Assembly (NCBI GenBank): GCA_041746575.1
Contig: JBGTGT010000101.1
Coordinates: forward strand, 32,001 to 96,000
Direction of reading: 5' to 3'
Source: Microcystaceae cyanobacterium
GTDB lineage: Bacteria > Cyanobacteriota > Cyanobacteriia > Cyanobacteriales > Microcystaceae
Length of the DNA: 64,000 bases
Shown here: positions 52,813 through 62,249 of the stretch, one piece after another
How positions within the stretch are numbered: the stretch's first letter is position 1
Layout of the letters: the number at the start of each line of letters is the position of its first letter
Notes under the pieces: generated by a model
Databases searched by the model: none
What the model was told of the DNA's origin: nothing
What the model saw: only the letters and a program-made list of their open reading frames with translations
Program-made: the position numbers and the translations under genes

Positions 52813-53637
52813 TTAATCCTCTCTAAAAAGGCGATCCATTTCTTCCTGCATTTGTGCTACTACAAACTGATAGCATTGATTGACATAGGTGCGATCGCGC
52901 TCGGCGGTTTTTCCCGTCCATTCAAAGGCAATCGGCGCACAAACTCGTGTATGTAGGGGAATCGGCAAGGGGATATTCGGTAAAGGACCAAAAGCAATAA
53001 TCCAAGGTAAACCTAGATAAATTGGAAAAACAACCGGATCAACTCGATAAAGCCAAGGAAAAAGCCCTTTTTCATGCAAAGGCTTAATATAATCGTAAAT
53101 ATCCGCTAGCACAATTAAAGTATCGTGAGCGCCTTTTGAAATAACAGGAATAATCGGAACATTATAGCGTAACGCCAATTTAATAAAGGCTTTATTGCCA
53201 TTTAATTCAATTTTCGCCCGCTGACTGTAGGGACGGAAGACGTCCTTGGCCCCACCCGGATAGACTAAGACACTATATCCTTGATTTAAAGCAGCGATCG
53301 CCATTTTGGGATGAGCGCGAATTGCTCCTGCCTTAACCCCCCAACGAGACAAAAAGGGATCAACCGTCCAGACATTGGGGTGCATGAGTCCATAAAGAGG
53401 GCGTTGACTGCCAAAGTGCCGCAACCAATCATAGAGCATCATGGAGGTGTCGGGGGACGCTAAGCCGCCATTATGAGATCCAACGAATAAAACGGGTTTA
53501 TCTGGGGGAATATGATGCCAACCATCCGTCTTTACTCGAAAATAATATCGATAAGAACACTCTAAAACGGCCATTAAACGATTTAAAAATTGGGGATCTC
53601 GTTGATCAAGTGACCAGCCATCGTAAGGTTTATTCAT
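52813..53637 (-). CDS. DGAT2-like acyltransferase (Slr2103-like)
   Basis: GWSLDQRDP, VGSHNGGL, YPGG, FIKLAL, PLPNIP. Confidence 0.8.
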   Translation of the reverse strand: MNKPYDGWSLDQRDPQFLNRLMAVLECSYRYYFRVKTDGWHHIPPDKPVLFVGSHNGGLASPDTSMMLYDWLRHFGSQRPLYGLMHPNVWTVDPFLSRWGVKAGAIRAHPKMAIAALNQGYSVLVYPGGAKDVFRPYSQRAKIELNGNKAFIKLALRYNVPIIPVISKGAHDTLIVLADIYDYIKPLHEKGLFPWLYRVDPVVFPIYLGLPWIIAFGPLPNIPLPIPLHTRVCAPIAFEWTGKTAERDRTYVNQCYQFVVAQMQEEMDRLFRED

Positions 53638-53690
53638 TCAGTCCATCGTAAAACGGGGTCAGATTTCAAATTACTCAATAGTAGATAATT

Positions 53691-53852
53691 CTATCGCAGT
53701 GTTACCCCATTTTGAACCATGCCCCAATTTCCCATTAAAATAAAAGCAGCCCAATAATAGGGATGGCGATAATCTTCAGTTGAATCTGATCTTCGAGCCG
53801 TAGGACAATGGCCAAAATGCGATCGCACTTTGGCACAAGCCGTTAAAAACAT
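53691..53852 (-). pseudogene. CHAT-domain C-terminal remnant
   Basis: YRHPYYWAAFILMGNW motif, with LTAC upstream in the same frame. Confidence 0.7.
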
Positions 53853-53952
53853 TTTAGAATCATATCAAAAATTGACGCAGAATTAAAGAAAACGCCAAGA
53901 GCATGATTTCTCTTTTTCTATTTCTTTTTTATTATAGCAATAATTCGCAGAA

Positions 53953-54051
53953 ATCTCAGAGAGCAGAAAAGAAGAAAAACATCCAGATATTCGAGAAAGA
54001 ATTTTAATATTGTTATTGCTAAAGGATGAAAAAACTCAAGCTAAGATTGGC
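53953..54051 (+). mobile_element. IS630-like transposase N-terminal remnant
   Basis: EEKHPDIRERILILLLLKDEKTQAKIG; TATAGC just upstream at 53933. Confidence 0.55.
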
Positions 54052-54218
54052 TTTATCTTGTTAAAGATAAAATTAAATTAAGAAAAAATAAAGATGAGAT
54101 GGAGAACTGAATCATTCGACAGGAGAGTATAACATTTTCTAAAGACTTGAAGTTGAAAGAACAAAAAACTGTTTTAATCACAGTAGAATAATTAAGCTGA
54201 CGAAGAACAGCGAGAACC

Positions 54219-55199
54219 ATGGTTTCCTTTAAAGTAATGACGTGGAACTTAGAAAATCTGTTTCAGCCTTCTCAATCGAATCCTGAAACTGCTCAAGAAT
54301 ATCAAGAAAAACTGACCACCTTAGCCCAAGTCATCTTAGACTTAAAATCAGATATCATCGGCGTACAGGAAGTGGGTAATCCCTCAGCCTTTGATGATTT
54401 ACTAGCAAAATTAGACGGACAATATCCCCATCATCAATTATCCACTGAACCCGATACAAGGGGCATCCGTGTCGGTTTTCTCTCTAAATTACCCATTGAA
54501 TCCTCAGAAGAGATCGTCGATTTTCCCTGTGAAGGATTAGCCAGTGTGCCGGGAATAGATAATAATGGCAACCCTAGCAAAGTGACCCGTCTGAGTCGGG
54601 GAGCATTACGCATCACCGTTACCATCTCCTCTGGATTAAAAGTGAACCTGATAACGACTCATTGGAAATCGAAATTGTTAACCTTTGCAGGGGGACGGTT
54701 TACCACCTCAAATGAAGATGAACGAGCAAGGGTTGCCGGAATTGCTTTGTTAAGGCGTACAGCAGAAGCCGTGGCCATCCGTGTTAAAGCTTCGGAGTTA
54801 TTAGTCGGTAATAAAGACCAAGGATTAATTGTTTTGGGAGATTTGAACGACGTGACTGAGGCGGCCACCACCCAAATTCTACAGGGGCCGCGGGGGAGCG
54901 AACTTGGCACAAAGGGATTTGAACGACCCGATAAAGGAGATGATGCTCGATTGTTTAATCTTGCCCCCTTAATGCCAGCAGAAAGACGCTTTTCAAGAGT
55001 TTTTCAAGGCAACGGTGAATTAATTGACCATATTTTTGTTAGTGAGGAGCTATTACCGGGGCAACCCCGTCAACGTCCCGTGGTAGATAGTCATATTGAT
55101 GCTTTGGGGTCACTGCCGTCTATCTCGGAACTGCCGAGCGAGCGACGGGGCAAACCAGGGTCTGACCATGCGCCCGTAACGGCTACGTTTGATTGGTAA
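54219..55199 (+). CDS. Endonuclease/exonuclease/phosphatase (EEP) family protein
   Basis: TWNLEN, GVQEV, GDLND, IDHIF, SDHAP. Confidence 0.92.
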   Translation: MVSFKVMTWNLENLFQPSQSNPETAQEYQEKLTTLAQVILDLKSDIIGVQEVGNPSAFDDLLAKLDGQYPHHQLSTEPDTRGIRVGFLSKLPIESSEEIVDFPCEGLASVPGIDNNGNPSKVTRLSRGALRITVTISSGLKVNLITTHWKSKLLTFAGGRFTTSNEDERARVAGIALLRRTAEAVAIRVKASELLVGNKDQGLIVLGDLNDVTEAATTQILQGPRGSELGTKGFERPDKGDDARLFNLAPLMPAERRFSRVFQGNGELIDHIFVSEELLPGQPRQRPVVDSHIDALGSLPSISELPSERRGKPGSDHAPVTATFDW

Positions 55200-55229
55200 A
55201 TCGTTGAATTTAAACAGGAGGAAACGATT

Positions 55230-56285
55230 ATGTCTTTAAGTGAAGGTTATGGCATTCTTAAAGGGACAGCCCTTGAGGGAAAGGCTGAAAGAGAGGACAA
55301 AAAAAGTCCTCATTATCAAATTTTAGTTGAAGCGAATTTAGAAAAATTTCGAGTTCCCGTTAATGTTAAATCCGTCAAAGAACCCCCAGATTTATTGGTC
55401 AAAATCGTTCTCGACTTCGACCATCCGATAACCCAACAATTAACCCAACTGTCTCCTGGTTTTACGGAGATTTCCCTCGCCGAACGAAAAGCCGGTGGGG
55501 TTGCCTTAGATTATATCCGTATGAATCTAGCTAATCAAGCAGAAATGCGCGTCGTTAGGGCATATTTAGACGGAAGAGATAATGATTTAAACGATTTATT
55601 AGAAGGGATTATTTTGCCCATCTTGAACGATTCTCAAGTAGAGGTGTATGCCTTTGGTGAGCCGTGGGGGCCGGAGAGCAAAAGAGATAAAATTTTTAGT
55701 TTTCAACCCGGTCGCGGTGTTCATAATATTCACATGAATCAAGGCAACCGAGAAGCGCAATTTGCCAAAGAAAACAGCGTATATCAAGATGGAGGGTTAT
55801 TAATCCATCTCAAAGATGAAAATCGTTGGATGGCTTTTTTCTCGGCCTTTCAGTCTCAATCTTTCCATACAGATGATGCAACGGGAAATCCCTTGGATAA
55901 TCAAGGTCAACCCGTCCAACCTCGTCCTGATGTTGAAGAACCGCTTCCCTCTGTTCCTTTGGATATCAAGATTATTGCCGCCCTAGTCAATCCCCTAGGC
56001 GATGATGTCGGACTAGAAACGGTTACAGTAATCAATACCACCGCGAATACGATAACGCTAGAAGGATGGTCACTGGCTGACCGAATTAAGCGAAAAATGC
56101 CCCTTTCTGGCTCAATAGAAGCCGGAGAAACCCATCGGATTAAGCTATCGGGGAATGATATTCAACTGAGTAATCAAGGAGGAATGATTACGTTGCTCAA
56201 TCCTCAAGGATTAAAAGTGGATGGGGTATCCTACACCAAGCAGGAGGTCAATACTCAAGGAAAGACGCTAATTTTTAAAATTTAA
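55230..56285 (+). CDS. YukJ/DUF2278-like protein with C-terminal lamin-tail-like domain
   Basis: SPHYQI, LDYIR, GVHNIHMNQGN, YQDGG; IIAALVNP...ETVTVIN...LEGWSL...LSNQGG; RBS AGGAGG. Confidence 0.85.
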   Translation: MSLSEGYGILKGTALEGKAEREDKKSPHYQILVEANLEKFRVPVNVKSVKEPPDLLVKIVLDFDHPITQQLTQLSPGFTEISLAERKAGGVALDYIRMNLANQAEMRVVRAYLDGRDNDLNDLLEGIILPILNDSQVEVYAFGEPWGPESKRDKIFSFQPGRGVHNIHMNQGNREAQFAKENSVYQDGGLLIHLKDENRWMAFFSAFQSQSFHTDDATGNPLDNQGQPVQPRPDVEEPLPSVPLDIKIIAALVNPLGDDVGLETVTVINTTANTITLEGWSLADRIKRKMPLSGSIEAGETHRIKLSGNDIQLSNQGGMITLLNPQGLKVDGVSYTKQEVNTQGKTLIFKI

Positions 56286-56477
56286 TTCCATTTCTCAAAA
56301 TTATGTCTAGATATGATCAGGTTAAGGGAGTGGCCCAGCCTAGTATCATAGAGAGCATGAAATCGTTTAACTTGACAACGCCCTCAGTATAATTCCTGAA
56401 TATTAATCGTTTCCCACTTGACTGGCGTATCATAGAATGCGGTAAGATACAAAATAGCGAAAATTAACATAAACCTT

Positions 56478-56567
56478 ATGGATATTCTGGCACTTGGTTG
56501 GGTTAGTGTTTTAGTCCTTTTTACGTGGTCAATTGCAATGGTAATTTGGGGTCGTAACGGCTTCTAA
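56478..56567 (+). CDS. petN: Cytochrome b6f subunit PetN
   Basis: [29 protein letters not shown]. Confidence 0.96.
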   Translation: MDILALGWVSVLVLFTWSIAMVIWGRNGF

Positions 56568-56571
56568 GATT

Positions 56572-56715
56572 GTGGATAAGTCATTTCTCTTAAATGGACT
56601 TTTTTTGTTATCCTTCATCCTACTTGTTGTCGTGAGTGGGGGGATTCTCTACTTAACGGCAATGGAGTGGCGCGATCGCCGTCGCCAAGATCGCGATCAA
56701 AAACCTCGGCGATAA
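56572..56715 (+). CDS. 47-aa single-TM protein
   Basis: GTG start 4 bp after petN; MDKSFLLNGLFLLSFILLVVVSGGILYLTAMEWRDRRRQDRDQKPRR. Confidence 0.7.
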   Translation: MDKSFLLNGLFLLSFILLVVVSGGILYLTAMEWRDRRRQDRDQKPRR

Positions 56716-56746
56716 TGACATTTTCATCCTTTTCATCCTTAGATCT

Positions 56747-56782
56747 TCCCCTATTTTAAGTCTGCTTAGTAGGGGATTTTTT
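56747..56782 (+). terminator. Intrinsic terminator after the petN operon
   Basis: TCCCCTA...TAGGGGA followed by TTTTTT. Confidence 0.65.
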
Positions 56783-56801
56783 GAAGTCTATTTTCCGACA
56801 A

Positions 56802-57362
56802 TTAAGGCGTATTTTCTTGTCCGTTGCCTAAAGGGGTCGTTATCGTCTCAATACCTCGATCATAAATCATTAAATCCCATTGTCCGTTCCGATTATGCTC
56901 AAAAGCCACAAAACGACCATTGCCACTTATCGTTGGATGACGCACTTCGCCTAAGTGATTTCGGGTGATATTTTGTGAAGCAAAGCTTTGGCGATCATAT
57001 AACCAAATATCGGGTTTTCCTGACTGCTCTGAGACATAGACAATAGATCGTCCGTCTGCGCTAATATCGGGTTGATCCTGCATAATTCCACCTAGATTTA
57101 ACCCCGGTAAAGGGATTAATTGATGGCGTTGGGTATCGTATAATAAAACACGTCGTTGTGCGGCGCGATCAGAGACAAACACTAGATAACGTCCATCATA
57201 AGAAAAGCGAGGTTGTCCTTCTAGCTTCGGCGTATTGAGGCTTGATCCTAAATTTTGAGTAGGAGGCGTAACAAATCCCGATGTTTGACAACCTATTAAG
57301 AAAAAATTGCCGATAATTAGCCCAAAAAGTTGTTTCCCTAATGATTCAGGACATAGCTTCAT
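56802..57362 (-). CDS. TolB-like (PD40 repeat) lipoprotein
   Basis: LIGC lipobox; PRFSYDGRYLVF, PDISADGRSIVY, PTISGNGRFVAF. Confidence 0.82.
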   Translation of the reverse strand: MKLCPESLGKQLFGLIIGNFFLIGCQTSGFVTPPTQNLGSSLNTPKLEGQPRFSYDGRYLVFVSDRAAQRRVLLYDTQRHQLIPLPGLNLGGIMQDQPDISADGRSIVYVSEQSGKPDIWLYDRQSFASQNITRNHLGEVRHPTISGNGRFVAFEHNRNGQWDLMIYDRGIETITTPLGNGQENTP

Positions 57363-57630
57363 TACTAGCGGTTTCTGAAAGGGGTAAGGTGCAACAGTTG
57401 ACGTCATCTAGACAGACTTTTCCCCATTGCAAAGCCCATCTTACTAATTCTACTCGATTATCGGTTTTGGTTTTAGTGAGAATATTACTGATGTGGTTAT
57501 CTACCGTTCGTTTACTAATCTCTAATCGCTGAGAAATTTCTTGATTAGTTAAGCCACGAGCCACTAACTCCACGATTTCCACTTCTCGTTCTGATAAAGA
57601 GGCGGGATTCTCAAATTTAGCTTTCTTCAT
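57346..57630 (-). CDS. pedR: Small LuxR-type regulator PedR
   Basis: Lone LuxR HTH with C-terminal WALQWGKVCLDDVNCC (three Cys). Confidence 0.85.
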   Translation of the reverse strand: MKKAKFENPASLSEREVEIVELVARGLTNQEISQRLEISKRTVDNHISNILTKTKTDNRVELVRWALQWGKVCLDDVNCCTLPLSETASNEAMS

Positions 57631-57740
57631 AAGTATTGTTTCCGTCGTATATTTACCTAAGTCTATCTTTTCTATTGTATAAGCATTAGCAAAGACCGGC
57701 CTGTTAATTTACTGAATATAAAATGAAGTTTTCTCTCCTT

Positions 57741-59447
57741 TTAATTTAGCTGGCGATAAGCTACATAAATCGCCTCTAAAAAAAGACTGGCTGTTACATT
57801 ATTGGGAATATCGGACAGATGGATAATATCTTTAACTTCATAGGCTAGTTTACGAGCGACATCATGACGAGCAGAAAGAAGCATTTCGTCTCGATGTTGT
57901 AAATATTCAGACAAAACGGCAAAATTTTCGGAAGAAAGCAAATAAACCTCAGATATCGTCCCTATTTCCTGAGATAAGACTTCTGCTTCTGAAGAAATTT
58001 TAATCTCATCAGGCTTTTGTTTTTGATCTTCTTGAATAACAATTGTTTTTGCCACTAAATCGCCTAAGCGTTTTTCTTTTTGCTCAAATAAAATCAATAA
58101 AGCCCCAACGAAGAATAATTGATCAATAGGTAAAAGTAAGGCTCTTGGGATTGCCTGTTGCCAACACATAGGTCGACCATTTTCTTGAATCACTCGAATA
58201 TTCACCCATTTTTTACCGGGGGTTTGTCCTTGCCATTGGGTTTCAAAAAAGGCAAAATAACCGACAAAAATGGCAAAAACGAGCAAGAATTGCATGGCAT
58301 ATATCCATAATATTCCTTGAAATCGTTCGGCTAACCTAAAGAAAATAAATAAGAAAACCCAAAGTACTAAAATAAAAATAAGCGTGAAGTTGATAATTAA
58401 TAAATCAATAAGTAGTGCATAGGTACGATTGCCGATTCCTGCCAAGGTCAAGTTAAATTCGATACTTTCGGGGGTGGCTAAGCGAATTTGTTTGAGGGGA
58501 TTGATATTTTCAAACGATTCTAGGGTGAAATTTAGCCCTTCACGACGACTGCGTAAATTATAATAGATAACGGCTTTAATAATTTGCCAAAAAGCACTAA
58601 TGAAGCAATTCACTGCTAATCCTAAAAGAATAGAAGTAACAAAAATAAAATCGTAAAAAATAGAGTTTTGAGGTAAGAATCCTAAATAAATTTGCAGAAG
58701 AAAGCTCCCATTAATGACAAATGGCAAAGTTACTAAATAGGCAATAAAAATAATTAATTGCATAAAAAATACAGTGTTTCTGATTAAATGCCAACTTCTT
58801 TGAATACTCTTGCCTCCCGTCATATTTGATTCAACCGCTAGGGGAACTTCCGCGATAAACCAATGCGTTGCCAGCCAAAACAAGATCATAATACCTGTGG
58901 CAAAAGCGATCGCTTTCATTAAAAATAAGGAAAAATAGGAGAAAATAGCAAAAGTTAACCAAGAAATAACCAAAATTGCGCCTGCATACGCAAAAAACTG
59001 GAGACAAATCCGCAAAAATGACCATTTGTATCGCAGTAATTCTTGCCTTGCTAAAGGAATCGTTTCGGGTTGATGGATTAATTTTGTAAAAGCAAATCGA
59101 GAAATTAAGGCAAAATTGACTAACATACGGCTCAAGGCAATTAAGGAAATAATCAATCCACCGCTAAAAAGGACAAAGGCAATTAAAGAAACAATGGAAG
59201 GGGGCAGAGGGATATTAATCAGATTGCCAAAAAAGGGATTATTTAAGATGATCCAAAAAGCCGCCAATAACACGAGACTGGCAACCGAAATTAAGAAAGT
59301 TATTGAAGCGAGAATTTGCCACAACGTTGCTCTCAGGGCAATTCTAAGATAGGATTTGAAATGAGAATGATACAGACTCACTGCTGTACTGACCACATTA
59401 CCCGCACTCATAGGGGCTAAGGGTTGATACTGAGACATTAAAGCCAC
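57741..59447 (-). CDS. Fused membrane protein + RDD-family domain
   Basis: N-half GNVVSTAVSLY...YYNLRSRREG; C-half TPESIEF.LAGIGNR...GQTPGK...KRLGDLVAKT. Confidence 0.82.
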   Translation of the reverse strand: MALMSQYQPLAPMSAGNVVSTAVSLYHSHFKSYLRIALRATLWQILASITFLISVASLVLLAAFWIILNNPFFGNLINIPLPPSIVSLIAFVLFSGGLIISLIALSRMLVNFALISRFAFTKLIHQPETIPLARQELLRYKWSFLRICLQFFAYAGAILVISWLTFAIFSYFSLFLMKAIAFATGIMILFWLATHWFIAEVPLAVESNMTGGKSIQRSWHLIRNTVFFMQLIIFIAYLVTLPFVINGSFLLQIYLGFLPQNSIFYDFIFVTSILLGLAVNCFISAFWQIIKAVIYYNLRSRREGLNFTLESFENINPLKQIRLATPESIEFNLTLAGIGNRTYALLIDLLIINFTLIFILVLWVFLFIFFRLAERFQGILWIYAMQFLLVFAIFVGYFAFFETQWQGQTPGKKWVNIRVIQENGRPMCWQQAIPRALLLPIDQLFFVGALLILFEQKEKRLGDLVAKTIVIQEDQKQKPDEIKISSEAEVLSQEIGTISEVYLLSSENFAVLSEYLQHRDEMLLSARHDVARKLAYEVKDIIHLSDIPNNVTASLFLEAIYVAYRQLN

Positions 59448-59500
59448 CCTAACGATTTCTTTGAATTCATCGAGAAGTGCGATCGCAATCGCTGAATCCG

Positions 59501-59797
59501 CTAACCCATGTCTTTGATAATTTGTAACAAAAACTGCGCAAAGGCTTCATCTCCGAGACGATTAACGGCTTCCTGCAATAGGTGCGAATGATGTTCATTT
59601 TTAGCAGATAAATTACCTGCAATTGGAACTAATAAGCCTAAATGTAGAATCAAATCCTGCAATTCCTCGCGGAATCTTGCTCGCTTTGCCGCTAAGACTT
59701 CAACAGTACGATTGACTGTCTTTTCTTGTAAGGCATGGGAACGCTCTCGAATGATTTCAGTTAGCACAAGGGTTTCTTGTCGAGTTGGTTCTAGCAT
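59501..59797 (-). CDS. Hypothetical helical protein
   Basis: ATG at 59797 preceded by GAGGA; 98 aa. Confidence 0.65.
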   Translation of the reverse strand: MLEPTRQETLVLTEIIRERSHALQEKTVNRTVEVLAAKRARFREELQDLILHLGLLVPIAGNLSAKNEHHSHLLQEAVNRLGDEAFAQFLLQIIKDMG

Positions 59798-60040
59798 GGT
59801 TAGTCGAATTCCTCTGACAGAACAATAATCACTGGAGAAAGAGGGTATCAAAAAAATGCTAAAAATAAAGATAAATAGTTGCTTTTTGGGCAGTTATCAT
59901 CAATTAATATTTTGCTAAAAGGGATTCATTTACCTCTAATAATAGCAAGGAAACCCAGACAGAATTTCTAAAGAAAATGCGTAATTTAGTCTGGAGCAAT
60001 CCTTGATAACGAGCTTGCCGACCCTTTTTGTAATCTATAT

Positions 60041-60646
60041 TTAATTCGTCGTGTTTCGAGAACGTTCAACCCTAAAAAGTAGTTGTAAAGCGATAATAAT
60101 TCCCACTAATCCGGCGGCAATGACATTGAGCGTCGCTTGGATGGCAATTAGACTCGACGGGGTAACTAATGCGCCGGGTACAGCTAAGGTTGTCCCGATC
60201 TGATTAGGGGCAATTACTGTCGCCCCTTGGGGTAAAGTTAATAACTTGAAGGTCAATTCACCCACGCGGATGAGGGCAATTAACACAGAAATAGCCATTA
60301 CCCCAATATTGGTAAACAGCCCTAACTTGAGGTCTCGAACCATTGTAGCGTAAGTGAGACGAGAATTTTGACGCTTCAGCCGTCTGGCCAACTTTGTGTA
60401 ACGAAAACACCAATAAATACTGAAAATGAGCATTATTAAACAGGTAAGGGCTAATCCTAACCCGACTGATAATCTACCCGCCGCTGGTTGCCCCCATTTT
60501 GCTAGGGCATAAATAATCACCACAAGGATGGGAATTAACCCTAAAAGGGTTTGCACAAAAAAACCAATCCATCCTAAGCGTAAAAAAGCAGGGGAGAGAT
60601 GTTGAGACGTTGAGGCATTGACTTGAGACTTGGGAGAATTAGACAT
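60041..60646 (-). CDS. DUF3611-like membrane protein
   Basis: RLGWIGFFVQ.LLG, FSIYWCFRYTKLARRL. Confidence 0.8.
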   Translation of the reverse strand: MSNSPKSQVNASTSQHLSPAFLRLGWIGFFVQTLLGLIPILVVIIYALAKWGQPAAGRLSVGLGLALTCLIMLIFSIYWCFRYTKLARRLKRQNSRLTYATMVRDLKLGLFTNIGVMAISVLIALIRVGELTFKLLTLPQGATVIAPNQIGTTLAVPGALVTPSSLIAIQATLNVIAAGLVGIIIALQLLFRVERSRNTTN

Positions 60647-60787
60647 ATATAAAATAGGGGAAGAGAAAAGGGAAGCAAAAGCGAATGATTAGCTGAATTC
60701 AGTTTTCTGTTGAACTCATTATAATGAGCAATGAGATTATCAGAAAAATTTTTGATTCATGAACTTATTTCAATCAATAAAGTAAAA

Positions 60788-61225
60788 ATGACGATTTTAT
60801 GGACATTATTCTTCTTCACAGCTCAAGCTAATCTTTCAGATCCGGATTTTCAGCGATTAGCCGAACACTTGGCACAATTAAACATCCCTTTGAAATGGGA
60901 GAAACCCCCCGGAACGGGGAATTATGGTGCCTTTGAACCCAAAAGTCAAACGATTTGGTTAGATCCTATTATTATTGACTTAGGAATTGCAAAACCAACC
61001 TTAATTCATGAATCAGTTCACGTTGCTCAAGAATGCAAAGGAAAGGGTAAACTGATACCCTTAAACTTGGATCTAGAAACGCCTGCCCTCACCCGACGCT
61101 ATTTTATGCGTTATAGTGGCGATCGCCGTGATTTAGAGCGGGAAGCCTATACCGTTCAAGCCCAATCGAATAGTACGGAGATTGCGATCGCTTTATTAGA
61201 AAAGTATTGTCAAAATATTCGTTAA
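60788..61225 (+). CDS. Hypothetical protein with HExxH motif (possible zinc metallopeptidase)
   Basis: TLIHESVHVAQEC...EREAY; start uncertain (60731 or 60788). Confidence 0.65.
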   Translation: MTILWTLFFFTAQANLSDPDFQRLAEHLAQLNIPLKWEKPPGTGNYGAFEPKSQTIWLDPIIIDLGIAKPTLIHESVHVAQECKGKGKLIPLNLDLETPALTRRYFMRYSGDRRDLEREAYTVQAQSNSTEIAIALLEKYCQNIR

Positions 61226-61244
61226 GTCTTCAATAATCCTATTG

Positions 61245-61952
61245 CTAAGGACTGTTGGAATTCCCTGTTTTCCTCTCTAGTTCCCGAATTTTCATTTCTA
61301 ATACCCTATTTTCGGTTCTCAATTTATTGGCTTGTTCCCGATAATAATTAGCTTGTTGGAGCGTTAACTTTCTTTGAGCATCTTCGTTCGCCAAATGGGA
61401 TTGATGAGCCGCTTCACATCTGGCTCTTAAGCCTCCATCTACCGGAATCGATACAGAGAATAAAGCACCAAATTCTTGAGCATAGCCCGATGCACCTCTA
61501 GTATAGCTAGCCGAGTGAATAGTGGTTCCGGGGCAAGAGATGCCTCCCCCCAAACCAAATTGAGATAGGGGAGGTGCGTAAATAACAGGGGCATTTGTCC
61601 CTAACGCTCTAGGAGAACTGCTGCCTTGACTGGAAGAATTTGAGCGATTGTTCGGCTCATCCAAGTTAAATACTCGGTTATCTTGGATAACTCTGCCATC
61701 ATAATTTTGATCAGAAGCGTTGATGTCTCGATTATCGATAACTGTATCGTTGTCGTAAATTATGCGGTCTCCGTCAATCGTAAAATTATTAATGCCGATA
61801 TCGTTTTCATTGTTGCTTAAGTTCAAATTGTCATTGGTTGTTGTGTTCCGAACCCCAATATCAGAATCAACACTGCTAGAAACCTGTGCTTTGGCGGGTA
61901 TGGGTAGCGAAAGTAACAGAACGATTACTAAAAAACGATAATAGTGGCTCAT
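61245..61952 (-). CDS. Secreted Asn/Asp-rich protein with Cys-bracketed hairpin and C-terminal coiled coil
   Basis: Signal peptide ending AKA-Q; N-rich region; SCPG...SIPVDGGLRARC; heptad tail. Confidence 0.8.
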   Translation of the reverse strand: MSHYYRFLVIVLLLSLPIPAKAQVSSSVDSDIGVRNTTTNDNLNLSNNENDIGINNFTIDGDRIIYDNDTVIDNRDINASDQNYDGRVIQDNRVFNLDEPNNRSNSSSQGSSSPRALGTNAPVIYAPPLSQFGLGGGISCPGTTIHSASYTRGASGYAQEFGALFSVSIPVDGGLRARCEAAHQSHLANEDAQRKLTLQQANYYREQANKLRTENRVLEMKIRELERKTGNSNSP

Positions 61953-61988
61953 GACTCATGGTATTGGAATTTGCCAAAAGTAAAAAAT

Positions 61989-62026
61989 AAAGGGAAAGGA
62001 CTTTAAAAAGTCAGTTCCTTCCCCTT
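61989..62026 (-). terminator. Terminator-like hairpin between the two secreted-protein genes
   Basis: AAGGGAAAGGACTTT-AA-AAAGTC...TCCTTCCCCTT, followed by a T-rich run on the minus strand. Confidence 0.55.
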
Positions 62027-62249
62027 CCTCAGGATTTGATCAGGGACTTACTTAAGCAAGGTGTTAACTGTTTTGCTAACTTCAATCGGTTAAGTTCCTA
62101 ACCTGATCCTGTCAGTTGTCGTTTAATCCCGTTTTTCAAAAATATCGAGAGCATTATCCTAATCCCCAGCCTCTCTCCCATAAGGCGAGGGAGTCAGATG
62201 TGTCTCAGGTATTCAGAAAATTGAGATAGGACGGAAAGAAACAACTTAA

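Noticed and set aside
56372..56393. TTGACA...TATAAT upstream of petN
   Set aside because: The spacer is only 10 bp, incompatible with a sigma70 promoter
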